Origin: Raillietiella orientalis
Lineage: Eukaryota
Length of the DNA stretch: 64,000 nucleotides
Assembly (NCBI GenBank): GCA_036172245.1
Contig: JAYWIR010000008.1
Coordinates: 992,001 to 1,056,000 of the forward strand
Direction: 5' to 3'
The notes beneath the pieces were generated by a model that was not told the DNA's origin, did no database searches, and saw nothing but the letters and a program-made list of their open reading frames with translations. Position 1 is the first letter of the stretch; each line of letters starts with the position of its first letter. The position numbers were made by a program, and so were the translations under genes. This document shows positions 60,062-64,000 of the stretch, piece by piece.

Positions 60062-60467
60062 CTTCTTCCTTGCTTGCTTGCTTGCCTGAACGTGGGCGTT
60101 CGGCTCGAGGGAGCGAGCGTCCTGCAGTTGCTCGTGGCGGAAGCACTTGCAACCGGAAGACGATGCAGCTGCATGTCGTTTCGCACGTAGGAAACGGTTC
60201 TAAGACGCGATCTGCAGTGACTTCGTGCAGTCTGACCTTCCCGTCGTCCCCGGTGGGGACCGCCAGCCGGATGCGAACGAGGGCGAAAGTTGCGTCTGCC
60301 GTTCACGGGCGCAGAGAGGCGGAAATCGATGATCGCTCGAGACGGAGATTTCCGTACTTGGGAGGACGCATCCAGGCAACGAAACGAAACCGATTCGAGA
60401 CGGCGGGTTTTGAGAAAGCCGTGGCACGGTAAGCTGATGTGTTCTGTAAGGGAGGTTGCCGTGGTTT

Positions 60468-60501
<34 letters not shown>

Positions 60502-62305
60502 CGTGCCACTTTCGCGCCGTTTGCTAACCCGGAAAAAGTAGCAGCATGTTGTTGTTTCGCCTTGGGCAGGGTGACGCAGCGAGGAGCCCACTTCTCGATA
60601 GAATGCACCTCCTGACGCACACGGAGCGACAAGCGCAGCGATCGAGCTCGAAAGACGGGAGCGGGAGGAGGAGGGCGCGAAGCCTCCGCCGTAGCCATCC
60701 GCACGGATCGGCAGTGAGGCCCAAGAGAAGGGCGGGGGCGTGCCGAACGGGGCATGCGCCGGGCGTTTGCCGCCAAGGCAGGAAGGCGCCTGCCCCTCGG
60801 GGAGCGCTTCCGCAGTTCGTTCGCTCTGGGAAGAGCTACCGATATGTCAAGAGTGCGGAGACAGGACATCTTTCATCGGGCAGAAGCCGGAGCTTGATTC
60901 TGGACGGACGGACGGAGGAAGAGAAAGACTCGGCGTCCGAACCCAACCCAATGGGAGGAGCTTTCCCCCTGAAGGGATACCTGCCTTATTCAACACGGAA
61001 CCGGCTTCACGATGGCTCCCTGCATAGTTCTTCGCTCACCTTTTTTCCGGGGAAAGCGGCAGCGGAGTGGAAGGCGAGGAGCCCCGGACCTTTGCGAGAG
61101 CGCAGTCTGGGATTCCTACGGGTCCTTTCCTCTGCCCCTTCCCTTCCCCGGGAGAGCGGAGCAACCCCCAGGTAAACGCGGAGACTCCTTCCTTGTCTCC
61201 TGCAGGAACGCAGGGTCTTCCGGGCGGAAGGGTGCTTGGATATCCTGCCACAAGACAGTGACTTTCGAACCCATCAGAGCGAGCGTTCTGGCAGAGGGAA
61301 AATGCCTCCCGGCTTAGTGTGCCCGGCATGGGTGTGTATCCCTGGTAGGCGGGACGCAAATTCTTACGCAATTTCTCCGCTCACCACACCGCGTAGAGGG
61401 TGGGTAGGGATAGGCCTGGGCGTCCAATAATAGGCCACCGAAAGCACAGCCGTTGCACACGCGACCAAGTCCCCATTTTTCTCAGGGATAGGGGCAGTAA
61501 GCATCCTGGAGATGTTATTGGGAGTGGGGTAGCGCTCGTCTCGCCAAGCGGTTGGACCGAGGCGACCAGCGTGCCAGCTCCGGAAACCAGCAGCGCCTTC
61601 AAGCCTCCACCCCACTCCGACCTTGCGAAAGTAGAGTCCTTCCCGCATCAGGGGCGAGTCGGGGCATTCCTTTCGCCATTCCCCAGGGGTCTTCCGGGCA
61701 CCGAGCTTAGGGAAAGTGGGCGAGTCAGGGCAAAGCGTTTCTGGTGCTGGAGGGAGGGGTGCCATTTCCTGCCATCCCGGGGACCACCACACTGCAGAGT
61801 CAGGGGAAAGGATCGAGCCGACACCCGGACTGGCTCATCGCGGCATCCCTATCAGATCCTCGCTTCGAGACCAGGACTGGTCCGCCGGTGCTGTGGTCTC
61901 CTTCCGCGCTTCGCTGACCTTTGGAACGTCCATTCGACTCCGGGGGTGTGCCAGGAGAGCAGGCACGCGACAGCGGCTTCCGCTCTTCATCAACCCGCTG
62001 GACGACTAGCCTGCGATGAGAGGCGGAGGCAGCAGGTCCCGATGAAGGTAAGCAAAGTACCCTCCCCTACTCTCCCGTGATACAGGAGACAGTCGCGCCC
62101 CGCTCCGGAAAAGGCGTGTGCGTGTGGAGCAAAGGGATAGGGAGCAGGAGTGCCCGGACGCGGCGTCCTATCCATCCGTCGCGAACGCACATCTTCCTTG
62201 CTTGCTTGAAAGTCGGCCTTCGGTTCGAAGGAGCGGGCATCCTCCACTTGCTCGTGGCGGAAGTACTTGCAACCGGAAGGTGATGCAGTTGCATGCCGTT
62301 TTCGG
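60062..62305. repeat. ~120-bp dispersed direct repeat (about 60062-60182 and 62190-62305)
   Basis: Shared TCTTCCTTGCTTGCTTG..TTGCTCGTGGCGGAAG.ACTTGCAACCGGAAG..GATGCAG.TGCATG.CGTTT. Confidence 0.85.
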
Positions 62306-62911
62306 GCTTCGGTTGATCGTGCTTTCTCATCTATCGCCTGCGGCTCTGCAGCGCAGCATTCTCCCAGAAGCAGGGTGCCAGCGCGCCCTCACGCGACTGC
62401 AATGTTTGGCGCCCCGCCGGGACGAGCGCGTTCCCATTTCCTCCTTTCCTCTCGGTGGTGCCCGGTGGAGCCACCCTCCTGCTCCATTTGGAAGATCCTG
62501 CAATCGCGAGTTGTCCCGTAAGTTCCCGGAGTCGAGGAGAGGGGAAGCACTGCCGTTCTGTGACCTTTTGCCACGGCACAGAAGGGATCGGGGAGGCGGG
62601 AACACAGATGTGCTTTAGCTGCTGTGGTAGCTGACTGAAGGGGGCAGGGGCAGATCAACGGAGCGAGCGGAGGAAAAACCCTACGCCTATGTATACTTGC
62701 CCAGAAAGCCCTGCGGAGGACCACGGACTCCCCGCACGTCCGCTGAGAGGTGCCAAATCAGCGGAGCTGCAGGGGTGCCAAACGGAAAGTTTGTTCGTCC
62801 GCAGCCGAGGGCGCAATGGAGAAGGGAGCCCCTAGCTTGTTCGGACGTGACCTGCGGTCTGCCCAGAACGCGAGACAAAGTGCGTGGTGCGCCTCAGCCG
62901 CGAAAGAGTTG

Positions 62912-62945
62912 ACGACACTTTGATCTTAGCCAAAAGGCCGAGAGC
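62912..62945 (-). pseudogene. U2: U2 snRNA 5' fragment
   Basis: The minus strand reads TCTCGGCCTTTTGGCTAAGATCAAAGTGT (62943-62915), matching the U2 5' end through the start of the branch-point recognition sequence, then diverges. Confidence 0.88.
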
Positions 62946-64000
62946 TCACGAGAGCGCGAGCACACCCTGCCGCAGGTCGCTCCCGATTCGTCATCCTTCT
63001 TACCTCGGATTTCATGCCCGAGAAAACGTCGGGAATCAGCAAAGATGGCGGTCGTGCGCTCCGGTGCGACGTGTAACCGCGAACCACCCGTTCGTAGTCA
63101 ACGCACGCCCTCTAAATCGGCTGATGTCAACGGGGATTGCTCGGCTTGTTCGTCTCGAAGTCGGAAGGTGCCGACGTCCCCGGTTGGGAAGATCGTTCCC
63201 ACCTGCACCCTTTTTTCTCGCTTCCACAATTCGTCACTGTGCGCGCGCCTGCTCGTGACGCGGACTGGCACGCGTGGCCCACAGCTGCAGGGGACTCCGG
63301 CTGCTCCTCCTGCCTACCGGCCCGCGCGCCGGCTCCAATGGCTCTCCCCAGGCCAGCAACGGCGCCAGCGTTGGCGACAATCCTCCCGCCAGCTCGCGGC
63401 GTCCTGCTTTCGACTGCCCGGGGGGGAGGTCGGCTTCCCGTTGGAGGGAGTGCGGTTTTGCTCCGTTCTTTGCAGGATGCCTTCCGCGTTGCCAAGGTGA
63501 AACCAGCTCCGCGGAAATGAGCTCTGGCGCGCCTGCTCCGATCTAAGATGGGTTCCATCTGTTTTACGTTACTCTCTCGCTGCTCGATTTCGTTGCGGTT
63601 TCCAGGGAAAGAAAAGCTGCGGATCGGCGGATTGCCGATTGCTTACAGAGGTTCCTGAAATCGTGCCTCGGGCTCTCCGTGGCGTTTTCTTCTTCCTCTC
63701 GGTCCTTTCCGTGCCCAGGCGAAGAGCTTTTTGTTTTCTCCTGCTTGATGATAAGCCCAGGGGCGCAGCAGCGTCGGCACGGCACCGCCGAGCTGCCATC
63801 TGTGAACACCGACTGCGATGCGAAGAGTCCCTGCCATCTATCGGTGCATTCGTTTATTTTCCCCGTTGCCTTCATGGCAGGCGAGACTGCCTCGTTCGAG
63901 CACATGTGCGAAAGCGGCTTAACACGTGTGTATGATCATTCCGTTGTTAGGTGTTGGTGACTGCAACGGCCGTGCAGCACAGCAAGCCGCCCTTCACGTT

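Noticed and set aside
1..64000. CRISPR array, rRNA, tRNA genes, prokaryotic operons
   Set aside because: No regularly spaced repeats or recognisable structural RNA genes; the sequence is eukaryotic with spliced genes.

Overview
Eukaryotic, probably arthropod, genomic DNA (insect/crustacean-type H2B N-terminus, arthropod-type U2 'GATCAAAGTG', GT-AG introns, many only 37-59 nt). Five spliced host genes lie on the + strand: a 5'-partial ankyrin/SOCS-box gene, LAMTOR2, an orphan signal-peptide/hydrophobic-segment gene, an SLC19 thiamine/folate transporter and a vanin/pantetheinase. There is also an H2B pseudogene. Between them are three 5'-truncated copies of a Tx1/L1-clade LINE family, a NeSL/Utopia-like RLE LINE fragment, two truncated U2 snRNA 5' ends and several perfect hairpins. 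The most notable signal, not visible in the ORF track, is a heavily decayed, intronless minus-strand reading frame (~8.9 kb down to ~3.25 kb). It carries, in the correct order, motifs resembling the post-catalytic, block IV, capping (PRNTase) and methyltransferase regions of a negative-strand RNA virus L protein. A younger LINE with an 8-bp TSD splits it, and removing the LINE restores the frame. Further minus-strand relics at ~13.4-14.1 kb and ~22.7-24.5 kb resemble the N-terminal block of the same kind of protein. The viral calls rest on hand translation and remembered motifs, and need HMM confirmation. Most long ORFs in the GC-rich half are spurious.
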